Origin: an uncultured bacterium
GTDB lineage: Bacteria; Patescibacteriota; JABMPQ01; CAVVCK01
Assembly (NCBI GenBank): GCA_963746775.1
Contig: CAVVCK010000001.1
Coordinates: 19,050 to 83,049, forward strand
Length of the DNA: 64,000 nucleotides
Reading direction: 5' to 3'
The notes under the pieces are model-generated. The model had not been told where the DNA came from. It searched no databases and saw nothing but the letters and a program-made list of their open reading frames with translations. The position numbers were made by a program, and so were the translations under genes. Below are positions 41,064 to 48,834 of this stretch, piece by piece; positions within the stretch are counted from its first letter, which is position 1, and every line of letters starts with the position of its first letter.

Positions 41064-41810
41064 TTACTCACGAGAGATGGGCGGGGTGTGCGGGGTCCAG
41101 CAGATGGAATAGCAGCCCCGATATTCCCTCTCATCGAAGCGTGGTTGTGCCAAGTATCCCTCAATTCCGCTGGAAAGACCAGCCTCCCATTCCTCGCAAG
41201 TAGGGGTTGGAGTCTCAAAATCCCAGCAGTCACCCTCGAACAACAGGGCGACGCCAGTCACGTATTCCAGAGGGCATTCACATGTTCCCGAAAACGCGAA
41301 ACCTCTCCAACCAGGCTCACTATGAGACTCATCGTCCCAAGGAAACCCGGCCAGACGGTCCCAGTCTTCACATTGTGCCTCTGAGGAAGAATCGCAGATG
41401 GGCAAATCGCTATCGGAGTCAGTGTCGTCATCAAAGTCGAAATCAGAATCGGCGTCACCGTCCGTGTCTCCGTCTACATCACCGCCACCATCTCCATCGC
41501 TATCCAAATCAGAGTCGCTGTCGGAGTCACCATCACCATCCACTTCCATATCACTGTCCGAGTCCGTATCACCGTCAGAATCACTGCCTCCATCGCTATC
41601 CATATCTCCGTCAATATCCGAGTCGCTATCGGAGTCAACATCGCTATCGCTGTCTACGTCTCCATCGACATCGCTATCGACATCCGCATCCGCATCTGCA
41701 TCATTATTTCGTGATGCATGTCCACATGCTGCCACGACCGAAGCCGCGACAACCAACATGGTCAAAAACACTACGCCCCAAAGGGCCTTCTCTTGCTGAT
41801 GCTTTCGCAT
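41064..41810 (-). CDS. Cassette A: GC-rich putative lipoprotein with Asp/Ser/Gly repeat stalk and Cys-rich C-terminal domain
   Basis: SD GGAGGAAGGG before ATG 41810; hydrophobic signal ending VAAC; long DSDSD/DGD tract. Confidence 0.75.
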   Translation of the reverse strand: MRKHQQEKALWGVVFLTMLVVAASVVAACGHASRNNDADADADVDSDVDGDVDSDSDVDSDSDSDIDGDMDSDGGSDSDGDTDSDSDMEVDGDGDSDSDSDLDSDGDGGGDVDGDTDGDADSDFDFDDDTDSDSDLPICDSSSEAQCEDWDRLAGFPWDDESHSEPGWRGFAFSGTCECPLEYVTGVALLFEGDCWDFETPTPTCEEWEAGLSSGIEGYLAQPRFDEREYRGCYSICWTPHTPPISRE

Positions 41811-41879
41811 CCCTTCCTCCTCAGCCCCGGAGGGCTTCATCTATAACCTACTACGAAAAGATAAAGAGCTTTCCATAGT

Positions 41880-41926
41880 AATTTAAGCCTTAATTTATTA
41901 TAAAATAACGATTTAAAGCCTAAATT
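41880..41926 (-). promoter_or_regulatory. Leader hairpin of cassette A
   Basis: AATTTAGGCTTTAA...TTAAGGCTTAAATT, 14 pairs including two G-U on the minus strand. Confidence 0.55.
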
Positions 41927-41944
41927 CCTACTTTAAGATATTAA

Positions 41945-41973
41945 ATTGTGTCAATTTATAATATATTTGTCAA
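41945..41973 (-). promoter_or_regulatory. Promoter of cassette A
   Basis: TTGACA-17 nt-CACAAT. Confidence 0.55.
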
Positions 41974-42015
41974 TATTTTTAAGTGCTCTATATTTTAGTT
42001 CACTACTATTATAGC

Positions 42016-42747
42016 CTAAATATCCTCATCACTATAATCCAATATAGGATAATCCTCGAAACTAGAATTTATCCATTCTCTCCCCTTTTTCCTAATCCAA
42101 GTATTAAAGCTAGAAAAATTATAAAGATTTAGTTCTTCTATATTTTTTACTTTTTTGTGTTTAATAGAGTTGTTATGTATATAGTTGAAATGCTTATAGA
42201 AATCTTCTTCATCGCGAATGCAATGGTCCCAATATTGATACCATATTTTACGTTTTGAAGTATTATTTATTTTATTTAAAATCCTGGAACTATCTTTATG
42301 TATTTTTCTAATAAATTCTACTAGTTGATATTTAGACGCGAAATTCGTTTCACTCATTTCGCTATTCCTTAATTCATCACCTCTAGGATTAGCAAATTGA
42401 CTGGCCTGCCCGCCGGAGAGGCGGGAAGGAAATTTGCGTTCTGCAGCTGACGCGAAATTCACTCCGTTCATTTCGCTATTCCTTAAATCACTTTCTTTAG
42501 GATTAGCAAATTGAGCGAAGCGAAATTTGCGCTTTATATGAAATAATAAATGATAATGATTATCCATTATTACCCAAGCATAGATTTTTATATTAAATCT
42601 TTGAATAGATTTAATTAGTACGCTTTTTAATACTTCTTTTCTATTATCAGTATTAAAATAACAAATCTCTTCGTGCGTTCTAGAAGTTAAAAAATAAATC
42701 TGATTATCTCTATAAATATGTGGCGGACGATGTTTTTCTTTTGGCAT
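42016..42747 (-). mobile_element. REP-associated tyrosine transposase (RAYT-2) with in-frame REP insert
   Basis: HRPPH, YFLTSRT, WVIMDNHYHLL, IWYQYWDHCIRDE, YIHNN, FSSF. Confidence 0.85.
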
Positions 42748-42959
42748 ATTTTTGTTTTTAGGATTAGCAAATTAAGTATAACAAAATTTGTGCTCTTTAA
42801 AATTACTAGGATTAGCAAATTGAGCTATTTATCCGCCAAAGAGGAGGAATGCGAAATTTGCGCTTTGTAAATTACCAGGATTAGCAAATTGACTGGAAGG
42901 AAATTTGCGCTACGTGTAGTAAGCGCGAAATTCCCCATTAGGGTCATTTCGCTAGTCCT
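42337..42959. repeat. REP family B cluster, eight copies inside and upstream of RAYT-2
   Basis: AGGATTAGCAAATTGA-N-AAATTTGCG and inverted CGCGAAATTC-N-TCATTTCGCTA(T/G)TCCT. Confidence 0.85.
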
Positions 42960-43141
42960 GATTTTATTATTATATCAAAAAAACAGCCTATTTGCTGCTT
43001 ATGTGAAATGCTTAACTAATTGATGTGGAATTGTGAGCCCGCGTAAGATTGGATGTCTCTTACGCGGGTGTTCAAGAATGAACATGGGCTCCAGCTACCC
43101 GGGGTTACACTGGATTTTGGTAGGATTCGTTTTTTTGACGA

Positions 43142-43894
43142 CTAGAACCACTCGGGGTGGCAGTCACCGCCAGGGGGGAGGTCGCAGTAGGCGACGTTCA
43201 AGCACTCCCCGCCGGTCCTGCCGAGTGCCCGTTCCCCAGCGATCGCGTCCACCGACCCGTACGCAGCCTCAGCTTCGACGCAAGCGTCTCCGCTGTCTCC
43301 AGGACCCCAGTTCGTCGGAACCCAACATCCGTCGGGGAAACGGATAATGATCTGGGTTCCACCGGGAGTGACCTCGACAGCACCGGGACACCCTCCCCAA
43401 GCACCTGCTGCCCGCGGATGATCGAAAGCTTGACATTGCGAAATGTCGGCTTCCTCACACATGGGCTCGGGCTCGATCGGGGTCGTATCACCGTCGGAAT
43501 CGCCATCGCTGTCGGAGTCCGCGTCGCCGTCGCCGCCGTTGAGGTTGTTCTCGACGTTGACGTCGACATCGACGTTCACGTCGATCTCGGCACAATCCGC
43601 GACCCCGTTGCCGTCCTCGTCGGCGAAGCCCTCGTCGATCTGCCCGTCGCAGTCGTCGTCGATGTTGTTGCAAATCTCCGGAGCGCCGGGATAGACCGAG
43701 GGGTTGCTGTCGTTGCAGTCGCGGCCACCGTCGCCGACGGCCTCGAAGCTGTCCTGGTCGAGATCGTACACGTACGTCTCGATCGTATCCGGCCCGCAGC
43801 CGGTGTTGAAGGTCACCACGACCAGAAGGGTCGCGATGAGCGTTGCGGTTTCGATCAACTTGCCCCGAAGGGCCTTCTCGTGATGCTCTTGCAT
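43142..43894 (-). CDS. Cassette B: GC-rich putative lipoprotein with one MopE-like Cys/Asp repeat
   Basis: SD AAGGAG; signal ending TGCG; DCNDSNPSVYPGAPEICNNIDDDCDGQIDEG; DGDADSDSD tract. Confidence 0.8.
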   Translation of the reverse strand: MQEHHEKALRGKLIETATLIATLLVVVTFNTGCGPDTIETYVYDLDQDSFEAVGDGGRDCNDSNPSVYPGAPEICNNIDDDCDGQIDEGFADEDGNGVADCAEIDVNVDVDVNVENNLNGGDGDADSDSDGDSDGDTTPIEPEPMCEEADISQCQAFDHPRAAGAWGGCPGAVEVTPGGTQIIIRFPDGCWVPTNWGPGDSGDACVEAEAAYGSVDAIAGERALGRTGGECLNVAYCDLPPGGDCHPEWF

Positions 43895-43948
43895 CTCTCT
43901 TCTCCTTGCGGCCCCTTGGGTCCGCCTTGTTTCCTCAAAAAAATCCTA

Positions 43949-43996
43949 GAAGGTACACCTTAAATTATTATTTATAATATTTTAAGGTGTAACTTC
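43949..43996 (-). promoter_or_regulatory. Leader hairpin of cassette B, homologous to 44748-44797
   Basis: GAAGTTACACCTTAAA...TTTAAGGTGTACCTTC. Confidence 0.65.
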
Positions 43997-44044
43997 ATTT
44001 AATTGCTATTTTTAAAGTACTACACTATTTTATTTTAACACTAT

Positions 44045-44073
44045 ATTATATCACTTTTTACTATATTTGTCAA
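44045..44073 (-). promoter_or_regulatory. Promoter of cassette B
   Basis: TTGACA-17 nt-TATAAT. Confidence 0.75.
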
Positions 44074-44291
44074 TAGATTTCTTAATAATTCTTTATACCA
44101 GATACTAGCTTCTAAATACTATATTCTTGCCTTTTAGCAGCTCATATTTAGCATAAATCCCCTCCCTTATTATCTTGTTCTTGTGTTATCTTGTTATTTT
44201 GATTTAAGGAGGGTATTTTGCGTCAGCACAAGTATGATCTTTTTAATTTGATCAACTGTGCTGACGCAGGTGGGATTTTTGAGGTGGGAAA

Positions 44292-44624
44292 TTACCGGTG
44301 AGTGACAACCGTATGGTCGCCGTCAGACGCCTCCACGGCGCCCCATGTGCCGAGACCGACACCGGCACCGAGAGCTACGCTCCCGAAGCCGATGAGCAGC
44401 CCACAGGCCACTCGGTTCCGGTGACACCAGTCCGGCTGGGTTTCCACGGTCGTCGGACCTTCCACGTCGTCGGGAAGGGGGGTCGAGGTGACCTCGCCGT
44501 CCTCGTCCAGACCAAACTGAACGGGACGATCCTCGCGCACCACCTGAAAGGTGGACACGCCGCAACCGACCGAGCCGAACACCACGACCATCGCGATCGC
44601 CGCCAACTTCGTCATGTCTCTCAT
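44292..44624 (-). CDS. Cassette C: GC-rich small putative lipoprotein with C-terminal glycine-rich TM segment
   Basis: SD AAGGAGAAGG before ATG 44624; signal ending SVGC; hydrophobic LLIGFGSVALGAGVGLG. Confidence 0.7.
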   Translation of the reverse strand: MRDMTKLAAIAMVVVFGSVGCGVSTFQVVREDRPVQFGLDEDGEVTSTPLPDDVEGPTTVETQPDWCHRNRVACGLLIGFGSVALGAGVGLGTWGAVEASDGDHTVVTHR

Positions 44625-44747
44625 CTTTCCTTCTCCTTCGTTCCTTGACCCTGCCATGACCCCCCTCTTTCTCAAGAGGAGGTCGGTTATGACCACCCTA
44701 AGGGGGGCCGTGTTTCCTTACCTCAAAATGTGAAATGTACTAACCTT

Positions 44748-44797
44748 GAAGGTATACCTAGAATTATTATATTTATAACAACTTAAGGCATAACTTC
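44748..44797 (-). promoter_or_regulatory. Leader hairpin of cassette C
   Basis: GAAGTTATGCCT...AGGTATACCTTC, same frame as 43949-43996 with pairing-preserving changes. Confidence 0.65.
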
Positions 44798-44802
44798 CCT
44801 TG

Positions 44803-44830
44803 TTCGCCGAAGCCTAATGGCGTAGGCGGA
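44803..44830. repeat. Palindromic mini-element; second copy at 45780-45807
   Basis: TTCGCCGAAGCCTAATGGCGTAGGCGGA versus TCCGCCAAAGCCTAATGGCGTAGGCGGA. Confidence 0.8.
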
Positions 44831-44974
44831 TATTTTCTTCCTAATCTCTACTCCCTACTAACTACTAACTACTCACTAATAAAGAATTGGAAGCACCCGC
44901 GCATCAGTAGACATGGTAGGAACGAACCGAAGTTCGTCTATGTCATACTATAATGATGCGCGGGGCTTTTGAGG

Positions 44975-45655
44975 CTAGGGGCAGACTCGAGTATGCTGAC
45001 CACCGAAGTGAGTCAGCTCGATGCACCGTCGTCCGCGAGGACGGGGCGGCGCTTCTGCCACCTTCGTGGGGGTGGGGGGAACGGTGGGCTCCTCGGCGAC
45101 CGGGGTGGGCGGATTCGGCAGCCTTGGCGCAGGAGGCGTCTTGTTCGGGCTTGGGGCCTTCGCATGATCGTCCTCGTCGCAGTCGCCGCACTCTTCGATA
45201 CGGGTCAGAATTTCTTCCGCCCGGTCATCGATGTGTCCATTGACCGCTCCGACTCCTCTGTCGACCTCACTCGAGACGTGACCCTTGATGTCCGTCGCGA
45301 CACCGTCGGTGTGGGAATTGACGGCGTTGACCGTCTTTCCCAACTCCGACCGGAGCTGACCGAGGGTCACGCCGGTCGGCTGTCCCTTGACGGGTGCCGG
45401 CGCGGGGTTCGTCGGCGGGGGCGGCCGGTCGGGGGTCAGCGTGTTGTCCGCCTCCTGCGCTTCCGCGTCGCCACCGAACAGCCCGAGGGCCCAAGCTCCT
45501 CCGAATCCAAGCCCCACCAGAAGCACAACCATTACGATCGCCCACTTCCAGTGGGTCCTCACGTTGGCCGCGGCCCTGCGGATGCGCCCGGGCTGCGGTT
45601 CTTCGGTCACCGTCTCTGTCTCGGTCCCTTCTTCGGTCCCTGTCTCGTCGGCCAT
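44975..45655 (-). CDS. Cassette D: GC-rich single-pass membrane protein with proline-rich segments
   Basis: SD AAAGGAGG; acidic N-terminus, TM WAIVMVVLLVGLGFGGAWAL, Pro-rich tracts; mostly G/C third codon positions. Confidence 0.72.
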   Translation of the reverse strand: MADETGTEEGTETETVTEEPQPGRIRRAAANVRTHWKWAIVMVVLLVGLGFGGAWALGLFGGDAEAQEADNTLTPDRPPPPTNPAPAPVKGQPTGVTLGQLRSELGKTVNAVNSHTDGVATDIKGHVSSEVDRGVGAVNGHIDDRAEEILTRIEECGDCDEDDHAKAPSPNKTPPAPRLPNPPTPVAEEPTVPPTPTKVAEAPPRPRGRRCIELTHFGGQHTRVCP

Positions 45656-45958
45656 TTCTGGCCTCCTTTCTTTCTATCGTTTCCAACAATGAACTTCCAT
45701 CTTTCTTTCGATTGATTGAAGTCCGCGATTTTAAGAAACAATATTTATATTATTCCCTAAAAGCGAAACTCCAACCGTGTCCGCCAAAGCCTAATGGCGT
45801 AGGCGGATTTTTCATATAGCCTCAATTTATAAAATGTGCTCTCTTTAAAAAACAAATATCGTTTTATTAATCTTTCTTAATTAAGCTTTATTTGTCTTTT
45901 AATTATATGGATTTTAATGTGCAAGTTCTCACTAGCTCATTTCCTTAATCCTTATCCC

Positions 45959-46060
45959 AGGATTAGCAAATTGACTGGCTTGCCCGCCGTCAGAGGCGGG
46001 AAGGAAATTTGCGTTTCGTACAGTAGGCGCGAAATTCGCTTCACTCATTTCGCTATTCCT
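45959..46060. repeat. REP family B inverted pair (REPIN-like) with nested hairpin
   Basis: AGGATTAGCAAATTGACTGG[CTTGCCCGCCGTCAGAGGCGGG]AAGGAAATTTGCG plus CGCGAAATTCGCTTCACTCATTTCGCTATTCCT. Confidence 0.85.
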
Positions 46061-46100
46061 TGATTCCAAATTCCTAATTCCGTATTTTCAATAACACCGC

Positions 46101-46129
46101 AGTATAGCATATTGTAACATATTTGTCAA
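46101..46129 (-). promoter_or_regulatory. Promoter of cassette D, possibly covering D and C
   Basis: TTGACA-17 nt-TATACT. Confidence 0.65.
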
Positions 46130-46430
46130 TACTATTTACCCACCTTTTTATATACTAAAAACAAGGCTTTTTTTGGGCTTAAATTAGACTACTCCAGATT
46201 AGACTTTTCTAAAAACATTGTTTTTATATAAAATATCTTTTTGCAAAATATTCGTAACAGCCTTACGGCTGTTAATCTTGATAATATTATTTTTTAGGAC
46301 TACCACTCGTAATGATGTTATTGTTTTAATAAAATTCTACATTCTAATGGATTTTTGCCCGCGCCAGAACTTATTAAGTTAAGACGCGGGCTATGAGATG
46401 CAGCGAACTAGTCGCTGCTTTGAGGTAGGA

Positions 46431-47420
46431 TCATGGAGGTGCTGCCCGGTAGGCTATCCCTATCTTGTCTTGCACCACGGCTTGACCGAGGTGCTCTGGA
46501 GTATCAGGTGGAATTTCTGAAATGTACGTATTCCACCCTGCTCCACAGACCGATAGGAAGAGATAGCGATCTCCCCTGCCGCGCAGCTCAGCGTACTGCC
46601 AGCCTCTCCATTGCCCCCGGCTTATCAACTGCCCAGGGATAAATGTCGGACTGACGTCTTCGCCAAAAACTGCTACGCAGGAGAAATACTCACTTCTCCA
46701 CCAAAGCCCCCGACCCCTACGGAAAATATTATCTACCGAGCCTTGATAGGTGGGGCTTTTCAACACCAGATTCCGTGGAGGTGGCGAACGCGGCTCAATC
46801 CGCTTGGAAGCCTGCTTTTTCGCCTTTGTCGCCTGAATCGGCCGACGCACCACCTTGCTGTGCGACAAACCCAGAGACTGAAACCACGGAGAAGGAGAAG
46901 GCACAGAAATCCAAATAATATAACCCAAACCAGCCAAAATCGATACTAGGCAAAAACCGACGAAAACACGCAATTTCCAAGGCGAGGGCTGCCAGCCCAT
47001 ATAATCAATCTCGATTTCTTTTTCAGAAGAGTCATCTTCACTATCTGAATCAGAACCAGTCTTGACGTCGCCATGGTCTTCTTCAAAATCAGCACTATTG
47101 ACACTCTCTTCCGGAGAGCTACCATCACTCTGATTTTCCGAGTTGGCTCCCCCCTTGCCATCTTGACTTTCTCCAATCCCGATTATTGACTTCCAAGTTA
47201 AATCCTCGGGGTCAATTCCGGAATATCCCGGCACTGTGCTATCCCCTCTCAGGGGACTTTCCGAACATATTCTCACAGAACGGGGAGGCTCCGGCGGCCT
47301 TAAGATATGACGAGAAGGAGGAACAAGCCCCCTTAACTCAGACATACAATATCCACAATTCGTACAAAAAGCATATTCTACCTCATGTCCACACTTCGGA
47401 CACTTTTTCATCTCACTCAT
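46431..47420 (-). CDS. Cassette E: zinc-ribbon, acidic linker, single-TM protein
   Basis: CPKCG...CTNCG, acidic stretch, TM VFVGFCLVSILAGLGYIIWI; purine-rich SD; GC well above background. Confidence 0.7.
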   Translation of the reverse strand: MSEMKKCPKCGHEVEYAFCTNCGYCMSELRGLVPPSRHILRPPEPPRSVRICSESPLRGDSTVPGYSGIDPEDLTWKSIIGIGESQDGKGGANSENQSDGSSPEESVNSADFEEDHGDVKTGSDSDSEDDSSEKEIEIDYMGWQPSPWKLRVFVGFCLVSILAGLGYIIWISVPSPSPWFQSLGLSHSKVVRRPIQATKAKKQASKRIEPRSPPPRNLVLKSPTYQGSVDNIFRRGRGLWWRSEYFSCVAVFGEDVSPTFIPGQLISRGQWRGWQYAELRGRGDRYLFLSVCGAGWNTYISEIPPDTPEHLGQAVVQDKIGIAYRAAPP

Positions 47421-47883
47421 GACTATCCCCTTCCCATCTCCATGGAGGTTTTGTTGTTTGCAAATTAATAAAAATACCTAATTATTCACAATAAGCTGCA
47501 AACAACTTTTTTACTCACCAATTCCAATTCTACATTATAAATTATACATTTTGCATTCATTTATCTACCTCAATTTTAAAAAAGAACGCTCTTATCCTAT
47601 GACATATAACCAAAGTCTTCGAATACATACACCTTTTACTTTAAATTAAAGAATAAAAATTTTATTCAAAAATGTTTAATAACTTTTGACTAAGGCTGTA
47701 TTTTTAAGATAAAAGAACATTATATTTAATCATAAAATAATAATATGTCAAACCCAAAAAGGTTAAAAACAGCTGTCTATTTAAAATCTTATAAAATTTA
47801 AAAAACGGTGGATAATTTATCTTTGATTCAAATTAAATTTTACATTAAAATAATAAGCACCTCTAAAAAATAACTACAAAAAA

Positions 47884-48138
47884 ATGGTACAAAATAAAAA
47901 GAAAACTAAGCAAAAAACTCAAAAAGAAATAGCTCTAGAATTAATAAAATTAATGCCCGATAGCATTGAATGGAGTGATATAAACAGTATTTTCTATGAG
48001 AAAGGAAGATTAGAGAAAACATTGAATGATGCTTTTGAAAAAGGAATTTTAACTAAAAAAGAAGCCCTGAAGCGCTATAATATGTTAGATAAGACAATAA
48101 TTACCGATTGGCTTAAAAATAAGTATGGTTTTGAATAA
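47884..48138 (+). CDS. Small hypothetical protein (AT-rich)
   Basis: 84-aa ORF with background codon style. Confidence 0.55.
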   Translation: MVQNKKKTKQKTQKEIALELIKLMPDSIEWSDINSIFYEKGRLEKTLNDAFEKGILTKKEALKRYNMLDKTIITDWLKNKYGFE

Positions 48139-48141
48139 GAA

Positions 48142-48175
48142 GCTGGCTAAAGCCAGGTAAATAAAAACACTTTTT
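48142..48175. repeat. REP family A solo copy
   Basis: GCTGGCTAAAGCCAGGTAAATAAAAACACTTTT. Confidence 0.7.
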
Positions 48176-48240
48176 ACCACGTACGAAATTTCAAGAATAC
48201 TTATAAAATTTTACATAATCCACAAAATTTCGTACGTGGT
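48176..48240. repeat. 16-bp perfect inverted repeat with 33-nt spacer
   Basis: ACCACGTACGAAATTT...AAATTTCGTACGTGGT. Confidence 0.8.
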
Positions 48241-48298
48241 TTACTAAAAATAAAAAATGTGCTAACTTATAAATATTATACAAAAATAATCAATTTCT

Positions 48299-48691
48299 AT
48301 GGATAAGGAATTAAAAAACGAATTTGAAAAAATTAATAAACATTTCGAAAAAGTTGACAAGCGATTTGATAAAATAAATTCTCAAATTGAAATTTTAGCC
48401 GCTACTATTAATAACGATGTAGCTAAAAAAGAAGATTTAGAAAATTTAGAGAAAAAAATGGACACTGGCTTTGAAAAAATGAATAAAAAATTTAAAGATC
48501 TAGAAGAAAATGTAAACGACATATCTGCTAAAGTACAAATACAAAAAAACGTCCCCATTATTAGAAAAGTTAATGAGAAAGTAAACAAACATATTGAAAT
48601 TCATGAAAAAAGAGGAAATATAACTAAAGAAGATATAGCTGTAATTAGTAAAATTAATCCCTTCCCAAGCAAAGAAGCTCTAGCCCAATAA
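48299..48691 (+). CDS. Coiled-coil hypothetical protein
   Basis: Heptads FEKINKH-FEKVDKR-FDKINSQ, AKKEDL; terminator-like hairpin at 48702-48742. Confidence 0.7.
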   Translation: MDKELKNEFEKINKHFEKVDKRFDKINSQIEILAATINNDVAKKEDLENLEKKMDTGFEKMNKKFKDLEENVNDISAKVQIQKNVPIIRKVNEKVNKHIEIHEKRGNITKEDIAVISKINPFPSKEALAQ

Positions 48692-48834
48692 TAATTTCTA
48701 TAAAACCTACTTGAAAGATAAATTTATAAGTAGGTTTTTTTAATTGTAAGGTATATAAATAATTTAATCCCCTATAAAAGCAAAACAGACCGGGCGGATG
48801 CCAGATCTGAACTCTAGGAAGGTGCAAAAAAGAA

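Noticed and set aside
41033-47422. Overlapping alternative ORFs in the GC-rich cassettes
   Set aside because: Shadow frames expected from high GC and repeats; they lack SD sites and coherent signal or TM features
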